Source: Desulfotignum sp.
Lineage (GTDB): Bacteria; Desulfobacterota; Desulfobacteria; Desulfobacterales; Desulfobacteraceae
Reading direction: 5' to 3'
NCBI GenBank assembly: GCA_011389715.1
Contig: JAABTU010000112.1
Location: 1-52,124, forward strand
DNA: 52,124 nucleotides
Shown: piece by piece, positions 19,499-28,419 of the stretch
Numbering within the stretch: position 1 is the stretch's first letter
Layout of the letters: the number at the start of each line of letters is the position of its first letter
Position numbers and translations under genes: made by a program
The notes under the pieces: generated by a model
The model's database searches: none
The model's input: only the letters and a program-made list of their open reading frames with translations
Told to the model about the DNA's origin: nothing

Positions 19499-20616
19499 TT
19501 ATGCGGTATCTTTGTTTCATATCCTTTTGCCTGGCCGTGATTTTTCAGGCGCTGTTTTTGTGGGGCTGTACCCCCCCGGAAAAAACAGACCGCATCGACA
19601 TTGCAAAGGCGCTTTCCGATAACCAGGGCATTGACTGCTATGAAACGGTCACCAGCCCCAAACCCCTGGTTTTCCCGGAGGATGCCGGTCCCCATGAAAA
19701 TTTCCGCACCGAGTGGTGGTATTACACCGGCAACCTGACCAACTCCCAGGGACGGCATTTTGGTTATCAGCTCACCTTTTTTCGTCAGGCCCTGTCCTGT
19801 GGACCGATAACAGGGGATTCCCAATGGCGGACCCGGCAGCTATATTTTGCCCACTTTGCCATCACGGACACCCGAAACAAGGCGTTTCATACCTTTTTTC
19901 GCATGAACCGCGGAAGTCTGGGCATTGCCGGCAGCCTGGCCCAGCCTTTCACGGTATGGATCGACAACTGGCAGGTCAAAGAAACCGGATCACACCTGGC
20001 CCTGGATGCCCTGTCTGATGACATCTCCCTGTCTTTGACCCTGACACAGGAAAAGCCCCCCATTCTTCAGGGGGAGGAGGGATTTTCCCAAAAAGGACCC
20101 GGAGCCGGCAATGCCTCTTTCTACTTTTCCCTGCCCCGGCTGTACACCCAGGGCTTCATCACTTTCGGTGGAAACCGGTTCCAGGTGACCGGCAACTCCT
20201 GGTTTGACCATGAGTGGAGCACCACGGTGTTGGGAAAGGATGTCCAGGGATGGGACTGGTTTTCCGCCCACCTGGATGACGGCCGGGACCTGATGGTCTG
20301 CCGGATCAGAAAAGCGGACGGCACATCCAACGGATTTGGATTCGGGAGCATCTCCTTTGCCGACGGCACCTATGTGATCCTGTCGGAAACAGATTTTACC
20401 CTCACCCCCAAGGCCCGCTGGAAAAGCCCGGAAACCGGCAAACGCTATCCGGTCCAGTGGCAGATCCGCATACCGGACCACGACCTGAACCTGTCGGTCT
20501 CACCGGTGATTGACAACCAGGAACATACCCATGCCTTTGCATACTGGGAAGGGGCCATGCGCTTTTCCAGCCCAGGTGTCCAGGGTATGGGATACCTGGA
20601 AATGACCGGTTACTGA
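19495..20616 (+). CDS. AttH/CrtC-like lipocalin-domain lipoprotein
   Basis: FP.D.GPH..FRTEWWYYTG, YQLTFFR, WFDHEWS, GWDWF, YWEGA, GYLEMTGY; LWGC lipobox-like. Confidence 0.85.
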   Translation: MIMRYLCFISFCLAVIFQALFLWGCTPPEKTDRIDIAKALSDNQGIDCYETVTSPKPLVFPEDAGPHENFRTEWWYYTGNLTNSQGRHFGYQLTFFRQALSCGPITGDSQWRTRQLYFAHFAITDTRNKAFHTFFRMNRGSLGIAGSLAQPFTVWIDNWQVKETGSHLALDALSDDISLSLTLTQEKPPILQGEEGFSQKGPGAGNASFYFSLPRLYTQGFITFGGNRFQVTGNSWFDHEWSTTVLGKDVQGWDWFSAHLDDGRDLMVCRIRKADGTSNGFGFGSISFADGTYVILSETDFTLTPKARWKSPETGKRYPVQWQIRIPDHDLNLSVSPVIDNQEHTHAFAYWEGAMRFSSPGVQGMGYLEMTGY

Positions 20617-20707
20617 AACACACCACACGCTTTCAAAAAGGGTTTTATTGAAATTAAAAAGCACAGTGCCGCTGTGGGCAATTATCAGTTGCGCCGATAT
20701 CGCTTTT

Positions 20708-23089
20708 TTATAAATTTTCCAAAAATTCTTCTGGTGAAACGGGCCTGCCATCTTTGTCGTACAAAAACAGAAAGGGTTCTTCTGACCCTTCTTGCGTCGC
20801 TGGTTGATCCTGAGAAAAATCATCAGGCAGCGCCTGCGGCAGATCTTCCTGCAAGGCCTGTGGCAGGTCATCGCCATCGTCACTATGCTGATTGACACCG
20901 GAAGGAATATCCGGAACATCCGGAATATCCGGCATTGCGTATTCAAGATAGGCCGGGGTCTCTTTTTCCAAGGTGATTTCGGCATTGCTTTTGCGCCGTT
21001 TGAGATCGAAACTGCCGCGCAGAATTTCCGCCCGAGACTCGATATACATATAGGCATCGACTCCTCCGGAATATTCCAGATCCGGATTGTCGTATTCCCA
21101 GCAATCCGCTTTCATCCCCGGATTGAGGGAAATATCCCTTTCCATCCGGTATTCGTCAAATTCTGTGCCCGCTTCATTCAGCTTGCGGAACAGCTGGCTG
21201 TATTTATTCTTATTCATAAGCTCGAAATCGCGACCCAGCCCATAGCATCCGTTGCTGATCATGGTTAACAAAGGAACCGGAAACAGATACTGGTCCAGAT
21301 GCAGCGGAAACTCCATTTTCGGCATAGGCAAAGTTGAATAGCTGACCCCGCACGAATCGTCTGTTTCCATCTGGTTGACGCGGATATTTATCTCATAATT
21401 GAATGTCGCCTTGCCCTTTTCCAGGTTATTGAATGAAAGGCCTTCTATTGGATGCACTTTAAGTGCACTGTCCGGTGCAGGAATAAAGTGATGGTAATAA
21501 ACTTTCAGTTCAGTATTCGGCCGCATGAGGCTGAGTTTATGCTCTTCGTTTTTGGGTAAATAATTGTAGGTTACACGACCGCATTCCGAATTTTCAAACC
21601 ATCCGTTGACATGTTTTTCTGTTTTTCGAGGAGTCTTTGTACTCAGATCGACAGACACATTGGACGCCTCTCCCAAATAGGTTATCCGCGATCCACGAAA
21701 CCCTATTTCCGGCTGTTCGACCAGTGCTTCCTCTCTCTCCAGAAACTGGGCTTTGAAGGTTAGTTCCATCGTTTCCCTTCCTGTTTCCGTCTCGCGGGTC
21801 TGTTGGTAGGAATTCTTCCTATGTGCGATGATGTTCAGGTCCTTATGAATATCGATTTCTCCGATAACGGAGACTTTGATTTCAGGAAGAACGCTGATTT
21901 GACGGAACCCAAGCATTTCCTCAGGTGAGTAATAGAGTGGCTTTCCGTTTTCATCTTCACCCAACAGATCTTCCGGGGTATCTTCACAAATCTTACAGAC
22001 AACATCCGCCATACCCTGAGCCTGATCGGCTGCTGTGACTTTAATCCCCCTGACGTCACCGGCCTTCGGGGCACTGGAGGGTTCGGAGGATAGGGCTTCA
22101 AATTTCCCCACGGAGAGTTCCCCAAACGATTCCGGATGAAGCTCAAAATCGCTGACATCCACCGGTCCCAGACCCTGGTCCTTAAAATCGACCACTTTGA
22201 AGAGAATCTCTTTCTCCTCGCCGGGAACCACCGGAACGACCGGCCCTCCCTGTATTCGGACCGGGCAGCGCAAGGTGATCTTGGGTGGATCTTTAATCTT
22301 GACCTGCCCTTCCGCGGCAGATCTCTGGTATCCAAATGCCGAGATCATTCTCAACTGCGGCGTTGCTACTGGCCTGGCACAGGGATCGGAATCCACGGAA
22401 TTACAGCTTTTATTCCACCCAGCCATACCAAATTTGTGACCGGTATCGGCCATGATCTCCTTTTCCGATACCACTATCTCTTCGGTTTTGCGGACCTGGT
22501 CTTTCAATCGCAGCCCCAGACAATAAAAGCTGGACCGCTCCTCGGTGGGGAGGGTTCGGCTATTCGACTTCAGCTTGTCTACATAAATAGTGATGTTCTC
22601 AGGACTATCCGCATCAATAACGTATTTATCCGTGGTGGCTTCAGCACTGGTCACGGCTAACTTAGTGGCAAGAATAGCCGCCATGCTATGCGTCATTGCA
22701 TGAATGGATTTAAGTTCAGAGCTGACGTCATTTTTGGTATTGAATGTAGTCACATCTCTGAAAACACTGTCCCCTTCAAGGGTAAGGTTCATAACTACTT
22801 CCATATCGTGCAACAGCTCCTCATAATACCATTCGATCTCAAGCTGAAAAATTCCTGGAGCCGCAGTGTATACGATTGGCGTATCGGCAATTTTCCGGGG
22901 ACCTGCGGACACATCCGGGGTATAGAGTCGGGCAAGTTCACGGGAAAATTCTGGGAGGTCTCCACTGAATTTCTGCGTCAGTTGGATATAAACTTCTGGT
23001 TTGCACTCGCAATAACCGCTTGCTGACAAAAATGGTACAGCAAACATTGCAGCGACGATGCACAAAATCAAATCGCGGAATATGCGCAT
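20708..23089 (-). CDS. Large exported hypothetical protein (~793 aa) with acidic repetitive C-terminus
   Basis: Long ORF; ATG 23089 has AGGA RBS and a signal-peptide-like N-terminus; no recognised domain. Confidence 0.75.
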   Translation of the reverse strand: MRIFRDLILCIVAAMFAVPFLSASGYCECKPEVYIQLTQKFSGDLPEFSRELARLYTPDVSAGPRKIADTPIVYTAAPGIFQLEIEWYYEELLHDMEVVMNLTLEGDSVFRDVTTFNTKNDVSSELKSIHAMTHSMAAILATKLAVTSAEATTDKYVIDADSPENITIYVDKLKSNSRTLPTEERSSFYCLGLRLKDQVRKTEEIVVSEKEIMADTGHKFGMAGWNKSCNSVDSDPCARPVATPQLRMISAFGYQRSAAEGQVKIKDPPKITLRCPVRIQGGPVVPVVPGEEKEILFKVVDFKDQGLGPVDVSDFELHPESFGELSVGKFEALSSEPSSAPKAGDVRGIKVTAADQAQGMADVVCKICEDTPEDLLGEDENGKPLYYSPEEMLGFRQISVLPEIKVSVIGEIDIHKDLNIIAHRKNSYQQTRETETGRETMELTFKAQFLEREEALVEQPEIGFRGSRITYLGEASNVSVDLSTKTPRKTEKHVNGWFENSECGRVTYNYLPKNEEHKLSLMRPNTELKVYYHHFIPAPDSALKVHPIEGLSFNNLEKGKATFNYEINIRVNQMETDDSCGVSYSTLPMPKMEFPLHLDQYLFPVPLLTMISNGCYGLGRDFELMNKNKYSQLFRKLNEAGTEFDEYRMERDISLNPGMKADCWEYDNPDLEYSGGVDAYMYIESRAEILRGSFDLKRRKSNAEITLEKETPAYLEYAMPDIPDVPDIPSGVNQHSDDGDDLPQALQEDLPQALPDDFSQDQPATQEGSEEPFLFLYDKDGRPVSPEEFLENL

Positions 23090-23131
23090 GATAGATTCCT
23101 TTCCTTTTGTTTTTTCCGGGCTGCCCGAAAT

Positions 23132-23179
23132 AATAAAGGCCGCACATCCAGTTCTATTGCTGAAAATGCGGCCTTTATT
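23132..23179. other. Intergenic 13-bp inverted repeat (terminator or mRNA-stabilising hairpin)
   Basis: AATAAAGGCCGCA...TGCGGCCTTTATT. Confidence 0.5.
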
Positions 23180-23199
23180 GACAAACCCTTCCCAAAGCA

Positions 23200-24222
23200 C
23201 TATTGGTTGGTGACTTCCCTGATTTTATTTAACGTTTCCTGATCAATTTTACCTGTTTCATTCAATTTATACTGCCACTGAAAATCGCGAATCCCACGGC
23301 TCGTATTTGATCCCATGATCCCATCCGCAACACCTACGTCATAGCCGAGTGCGTTCAACTTGTCTTGTACTTCTCGGATTGTAGCTTTACTGAAGTCTTG
23401 GGTCTGCTTAGAGACCGTTTCTTGAGTTGTTGTATTCGTGACACTTGCTGCCCCCTGACCATGGCGGTAATACTGTTGAGGAGTTTTCGAAGCAATGAAC
23501 TGCGCAGCCTTATTGATACAAATCCGTACCGCTTTCTCCATCGGAGTGTTTTTCCATCCACTCAACCCTGCTGAAAAAGTGGATCCGCTCAAACCACCGC
23601 CAAGATTCACATCCGTTGCCTCCCCTTCCACACTGGTTGCGCCAAGTATACGTGACGTTTGTGCGTCAATGACACGCACATCGATGGCAATATGGGCTTT
23701 TTTGAAATCTCCGGCGACATCACTCACCACGCCTAAGCCGACAGCATCCAGTAATCCTGAACCCGAACCTCCCGTTTTGTTACCGGAGAATTCCGTGATG
23801 GCACCGACAATCAGCAGCTCAACCCCCTCTATCTCGCCGATGGCCGCTTCTGTGCCCTGTTTGATCCGTCCTGAAGCGCCCAAATTCTGTTCAGTCAAAA
23901 CACTATTCAAAGACTCTCGTTCCAGCACTATGAAACGATTCGTGTTGAAGAGAGCAGTGGTCAGCTGATCCGCCATTCCGGTCCCAATGGCTGGTGAAAA
24001 CCATCCGCTCATCCCGGAATCTCTGCTGCTCTTATTGGTGAACTTCGCGACTGCGACGCGCGCCTTGGGTCCATTGTAGGCTTCCATCTGCACTTCATTG
24101 ATCGTTGGGCTGTCCTGTCCTGACGTCACTGTGGCAGTCGGCCCACCCGTTTGTACACAGGCCGATGTGACGACGAGCCAGAGAACACAAAGGATCAGAG
24201 ATAACAATTTACACGGTTGCAT
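23200..24222 (-). CDS. CsgG/HfaB-family lipoprotein with C-terminal peptidoglycan-binding domain
   Basis: Lipobox TSAC; GMADQLTTALFNTNRFIVLER, GAITEF, IDVRVID; VQDKLNALGYDVGVADGIMG.NT..GIRDFQ. Confidence 0.88.
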   Translation of the reverse strand: MQPCKLLSLILCVLWLVVTSACVQTGGPTATVTSGQDSPTINEVQMEAYNGPKARVAVAKFTNKSSRDSGMSGWFSPAIGTGMADQLTTALFNTNRFIVLERESLNSVLTEQNLGASGRIKQGTEAAIGEIEGVELLIVGAITEFSGNKTGGSGSGLLDAVGLGVVSDVAGDFKKAHIAIDVRVIDAQTSRILGATSVEGEATDVNLGGGLSGSTFSAGLSGWKNTPMEKAVRICINKAAQFIASKTPQQYYRHGQGAASVTNTTTQETVSKQTQDFSKATIREVQDKLNALGYDVGVADGIMGSNTSRGIRDFQWQYKLNETGKIDQETLNKIREVTNQ

Positions 24223-24273
24223 AAATACTCCCCTCTTTTGTTGAAATAAAAAATCTATTAATCAACCATTAAT

Positions 24274-24867
24274 TTAGTTCTGTTGCATTGTTTCTTGCAT
24301 GTTTTCCGGCAGACCGACAATCGAGCAGATTTCACTGTATCTGCTTTGCGTCAGTCTACGTTCGGATGGTGGCACTGTTTTTTTTACCTGCGCTCGCATT
24401 TTTTTGAGATCTTCATTCGCACCGGCCATTCCTTGACCCATCGGTTGCATCATTTGCTTTTTCATTTCGTCAGTCATATTCGGGTTGTTTTGTAGTGCCT
24501 GCATGGCTTCCGCCATCTGTGGAGCGACACTTTTGGTCATGCGGTTCAGATGTTCCAGAGAAGTCACCATCATCACATGTCCAAAAATATAGTAAAAGCG
24601 TTCTTCATCCCAGCCTTTTTCTTGAATGACGTCCACGGCCCCTTGTTGCCGCTGTTTCATCCAGCCCTGATCAATTGTCCCGTTCTGGCGGAGAGCCTCC
24701 ATGTTTTGACTTGTGTTGGCCGTCATTCCGGGTATTTCAGGTAAATCGTTTAAAAATTTGTCAAGCTCATCTGCATTAAAAGGAGCTTGATCGGCTGCAC
24801 TCGCTGAAAAGAAAAACAATATTGTCGAAAAGAACACCAGACCTGTTTTTAACAATTTATGCACCAT
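24274..24867 (-). CDS. Exported hypothetical protein, Met/Gln-rich helical
   Basis: AGGAGG RBS, signal peptide ending SASA, co-oriented with the CsgG-like gene. Confidence 0.75.
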   Translation of the reverse strand: MVHKLLKTGLVFFSTILFFFSASAADQAPFNADELDKFLNDLPEIPGMTANTSQNMEALRQNGTIDQGWMKQRQQGAVDVIQEKGWDEERFYYIFGHVMMVTSLEHLNRMTKSVAPQMAEAMQALQNNPNMTDEMKKQMMQPMGQGMAGANEDLKKMRAQVKKTVPPSERRLTQSRYSEICSIVGLPENMQETMQQN

Positions 24868-24921
24868 AGTCCTCCTCCTTGCATACTAAAGATATTTTTA
24901 CAGAACTCTACAGAATTTATA

Positions 24922-25059
24922 TTATAAATCAATGCTTTTTTGGCTTTTTGTCAAGAAATTTATGAAATGAATGCCCGTGTCTACGAATAGATCAAAAATA
25001 TCTCCGTCAATATAATTGTCTTTTTTCATTTACTCCGTTATTTTTATTGCCTGGGACAT
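24922..25059 (-). pseudogene. Remnant of the C-terminus of an HD-GYP phosphodiesterase
   Basis: Translates as MSQAIKITE*MKKDNYIDGDIFDLFVDTGIH, resembling the HD-GYP tail; internal stop, no upstream domain. Confidence 0.5.
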
Positions 25060-25123
25060 CTCTATTGTTAAATTGTTGGCGGGTCTATTAGCAAAACGCT
25101 AATTTAGATATTAGGAAAGCGCC

Positions 25124-25312
25124 TTGAGAAAATTATTTCTACTAATCAGTGTATTTATCCTTAATGGTTACTTGGGTATGCCAGAGTCTGTCCAGCCGAT
25201 TACCGGATTTGAGCTGGAGAGATATCCTGGGAAATGGTACGAAGTAGCGCGATTAGATCATTCATTTGAAAAAGGGTTGAGCCAAGTTACTGCGGAATAC
25301 AGCTTGAAAGAG
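25124..25312 (+). pseudogene. blc: Truncated outer-membrane lipocalin (Blc-like)
   Basis: GMPESVQPITGFELERYPGKWYEVARLDHSFEKGLSQVTAEYSL then similarity ends; lipobox Cys absent (NGYLG). Confidence 0.75.
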
Positions 25313-25409
25313 GTGAATCTGGCCCCACCATCTGTCCATATACAACCGCTGTATGTCCTTACTGCAAAGGCGTTCACTTCTTTTTCCAGTGCTTATGGTA
25401 AATCATATT

Positions 25410-26564
25410 TCAAAGCTTTTTAGTGCTGTTAATCAGAGCTTTTTTCTGGGAAACTTTTTGATCTATGGCAAGAATCTGTCCGATATCCATGATCTTGAAA
25501 CGGCCGTCATCCAGGTAGTTGTCTGCGATATACCGGTTCAGGTCAAGGCCGGGATATCCGGCCGGTTCATCCCCCAGATGGAAAGTACCCCACTGGGTGG
25601 GGATGAAATACCGGGCATTCAGGTCTGCAAACCCCTGGACCGCCTCGGCGATGTTCATGTGGTTGTAGGCCATGAACCACCGGGGATGATAGGCGGTGGT
25701 GGCCATAAATGCATAATCGATGCCGGGAAACCGCCGGCCGATCTCATTGAACCCCTTGAAATACCCTGAATCCCCGCCAAAATACAGGGTCACATCCGGG
25801 GTGATCAGCAGCCAGGATGCCCACAAGGACCGGTTTCGGCCCTGGGTGATACGCAGGGACCAGTGCTGGGCAGGCAGACAGATAAGCCGGATGCCCCTGC
25901 CGACGTCGTATTTTTCCCACCAGTCCATCTCATGCACCACCTGTTTGTCCATCTTCTCCACCATGGTTTTCAGACCCAGGGGCACAAACACCGGGGTGTC
26001 TGCCGGCAGTTTCTTCATCGTGGCCCGGTCCAGATGATCATAGTGATTATGGGATATAATGATGTTCACCTCTGGTACCAGGCGGTTGAATGCTTCCATG
26101 GTCAGGGCCGGCGGAGTGACCCTGGCAGGGACCAGAGCCCGCTTGGAGAAAATCGGGTCTGTAAGCCAGTATGTATTATTGATGCGGATCAAAAAGGTAT
26201 TATGCCCTAACCAGAGGATAAAATCCCCTTTGGTCTGGGCCAGGCGCCGGGCCGTATCCGGCAGGACCGCCGGTAAAAAAGCCTGCTCCGCTTTTGAATA
26301 ATCGGTTTTGGAAAACAGTTTCCACCACAAAACATCCAGAAAACTTTTGTCCGGCATGGGCATCCAGGGGGCAAAATACCGGCCGTCATCAACATTACGG
26401 GCATACAGATCGGCCGTGCGGGTCTGGTTCACCTGGTTTTCCCAGAATTTTTCAGAAAATGTCAATTTTTCTTTAGGGGTGCAGGCAAAGATAACGGCTG
26501 TCACCATAACCCCTGCAAACACCAGAACCCCGTTTCCAAAAAAACTGTCATATCTGGACTTCAT
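25410..26564 (-). CDS. MBL-fold hydrolase, RomA/NAPE-PLD-like, probable lipoprotein
   Basis: WLGHNT, TDPIFS, ISHNHYDHLD, PAQHWS, YFGGDSGY, WGTF; IFAC lipobox-like. Confidence 0.88.
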   Translation of the reverse strand: MKSRYDSFFGNGVLVFAGVMVTAVIFACTPKEKLTFSEKFWENQVNQTRTADLYARNVDDGRYFAPWMPMPDKSFLDVLWWKLFSKTDYSKAEQAFLPAVLPDTARRLAQTKGDFILWLGHNTFLIRINNTYWLTDPIFSKRALVPARVTPPALTMEAFNRLVPEVNIIISHNHYDHLDRATMKKLPADTPVFVPLGLKTMVEKMDKQVVHEMDWWEKYDVGRGIRLICLPAQHWSLRITQGRNRSLWASWLLITPDVTLYFGGDSGYFKGFNEIGRRFPGIDYAFMATTAYHPRWFMAYNHMNIAEAVQGFADLNARYFIPTQWGTFHLGDEPAGYPGLDLNRYIADNYLDDGRFKIMDIGQILAIDQKVSQKKALINSTKKL

Positions 26565-26670
26565 TAAAAAAATACCCTTTCTAGTAAAAAATGGGTGTCA
26601 ATCTTTCCCAGAATCTATATATTGGAACAGACAAAGTCAACAGGATTTACCGCTGAATCAGGAGGATCCC

Positions 26671-27621
26671 GTGCTAACACCCATAAAAATCGGCGTCAGC
26701 TCCTGCCTGCTGGGCAACCTTGTCCGGTATGACGGGGGTCACAGCCATGACCGGTTTCTCACCCAGACCCTGGGATTGTTCACTGAATATGTGCCGGTAT
26801 GCCCGGAAGTGGAATGCGGCATGCCCACCCCCAGAGATTCCCTGCGCCTGGTGGGCGAACCGGAAGCCCCCCGGCTGGTCACCCGGAAAACTGGAGAAGA
26901 TCACACACAGCAGATGGACGTCTGGATACACAAAAAACTGCCGGCTCTGGAAAAAGAAAACCTGTGCGGATTTATCTTCAAGAGCAAATCCCCAAGCAGT
27001 GGCCTCTACCGCATCAAGGTGTACGGAGATGACGGCAAGATGCGCAACAACGGCACCGGCCTGTTTGCCCGGGCCTTTACCCGGCATTTTCCCAGAATAC
27101 CGGTGGAAGAGGCGGGCCGTCTCAATGATCCCAAGCTGCGGGAACATTTTATTGAAAACATCTTTTCCTTCCAGCGGTGGCGCCATTTTCTGGATGACCG
27201 TCCCACTCTGGGCGGGCTGGTGGCATTTCACACAGACAACAAACTGCTGATCCTCTCCCACAGCCAGGAGATCTACCGGCAGATGGGCAAGCTGGTGGCC
27301 CAGGGAAAACAGATGTCCCCTGCTGAACTGTTCGAAGCCTATGAAAAACTGCTGCTCAAGGCTTTGGATTTAAAAACCACCCCGAAAAAAAACATCAATG
27401 TGCTCCAGCACGCAATGGGTTTTTTTAAAAATGATTTGACCAGGGATGAAAAACAGGAGCTGCTGTCCAGTTTTTCCCAGTACAAGGACGGGTATGTGCC
27501 GCTTATCGTTCCGCTGACTTTGATCAAACACTATGTGTTAAAATATGACCAGCCCTGGCTCAAGTCCCAGACCTTTCTTCACCCCCACCCCTTTGAGCTG
27601 AAACTGAGAAATTATTTTTAA
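26671..27621 (+). CDS. DUF523+DUF1722 (YbgA / 2-thiouracil desulfurase-like) protein
   Basis: IGVSSCLLG..VRYDGG, CPEVECG, KSKSPS, PVEEAGRL, N.LQH.MGFF, LRN; GTG start after GGAGG. Confidence 0.88.
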   Translation: MLTPIKIGVSSCLLGNLVRYDGGHSHDRFLTQTLGLFTEYVPVCPEVECGMPTPRDSLRLVGEPEAPRLVTRKTGEDHTQQMDVWIHKKLPALEKENLCGFIFKSKSPSSGLYRIKVYGDDGKMRNNGTGLFARAFTRHFPRIPVEEAGRLNDPKLREHFIENIFSFQRWRHFLDDRPTLGGLVAFHTDNKLLILSHSQEIYRQMGKLVAQGKQMSPAELFEAYEKLLLKALDLKTTPKKNINVLQHAMGFFKNDLTRDEKQELLSSFSQYKDGYVPLIVPLTLIKHYVLKYDQPWLKSQTFLHPHPFELKLRNYF

Positions 27622-27671
27622 CGGAACAGAGGCGGAGGGCCACGGCTGCCGACAGCGGCAGGATACATCCC

Positions 27672-27722
27672 GGACATCTTGTGATTGCCCATGCCATGGA
27701 CCCGGGCAATCACAAGATGTCC
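27672..27722. repeat. 19-bp perfect inverted repeat
   Basis: GGACATCTTGTGATTGCCC-13nt-GGGCAATCACAAGATGTCC. Confidence 0.8.
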
Positions 27723-27810
27723 TTGACACGGCATGGAAAAGTATCTTATGAAATGAACCGGAACAATGATTGATAAAATTAGAATGATTTATAAAATAAG
27801 GAGATAACTC

Positions 27811-28305
27811 ATGGCTTATGATTTTAATTTAAATGAAGTGTTTGAAATGGCCATCCAGATTGAGGCCAACGGCGCCGGATTTTACAGAAAAGCGGCCGGG
27901 TTTCAGAAAGATCCTGCAAACAAAAAATTTCTGGAAAAACTGGCCAGTATGGAAGACAAGCACAAACAAACCTTTGAGGCCATGCGCCAGGAAGTATCAG
28001 ATGCGGAAAAGCAGCAGACCGTATTTGATCCGGCAAACGAACTGTCCATGTATCTCAAGGCCATGGCAGACTCCCATGGCGGGGAAGGCAACCCGGATAT
28101 TGCTGACTCCTTTACAGGTGAAGAAACCATGGAGGAGATCATAACCACGGCCATCGGCCTGGAAAAAGAATCCATCCTCTTTTATCTGGGCCTCAAGGAC
28201 CTTGTCCCCCCCAAATACGGCCATGAAAAACTGGATCACATCATCAAAGAAGAAAAACTGCACGTGGCCCAGTTGAATGGATTTTTAAAAAAAGCCACCG
28301 CATAG
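27811..28305 (+). CDS. Rubrerythrin/ferritin-like di-iron protein
   Basis: AIQIE.NG..FY, MEDKH, LEKESILFY, EEKLH; AAGGAG RBS. Confidence 0.88.
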   Translation: MAYDFNLNEVFEMAIQIEANGAGFYRKAAGFQKDPANKKFLEKLASMEDKHKQTFEAMRQEVSDAEKQQTVFDPANELSMYLKAMADSHGGEGNPDIADSFTGEETMEEIITTAIGLEKESILFYLGLKDLVPPKYGHEKLDHIIKEEKLHVAQLNGFLKKATA

Positions 28306-28419
28306 GCAATATTTCTCACCCGCCAGGTTCTTCTATCGGGGCATTTTCCTGGCGGGCACCCCCGGTTTACCGGTAAATTTGAAAATACCCCCGATACATG
28401 GTTTGCATCAATCACGCAT

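Noticed and set aside
26308-26670. N-terminal extension of the DUF523/DUF1722 ORF
   Set aside because: Overlaps the opposite-strand hydrolase; GTG 26671 has a GGAGG RBS and begins the domain
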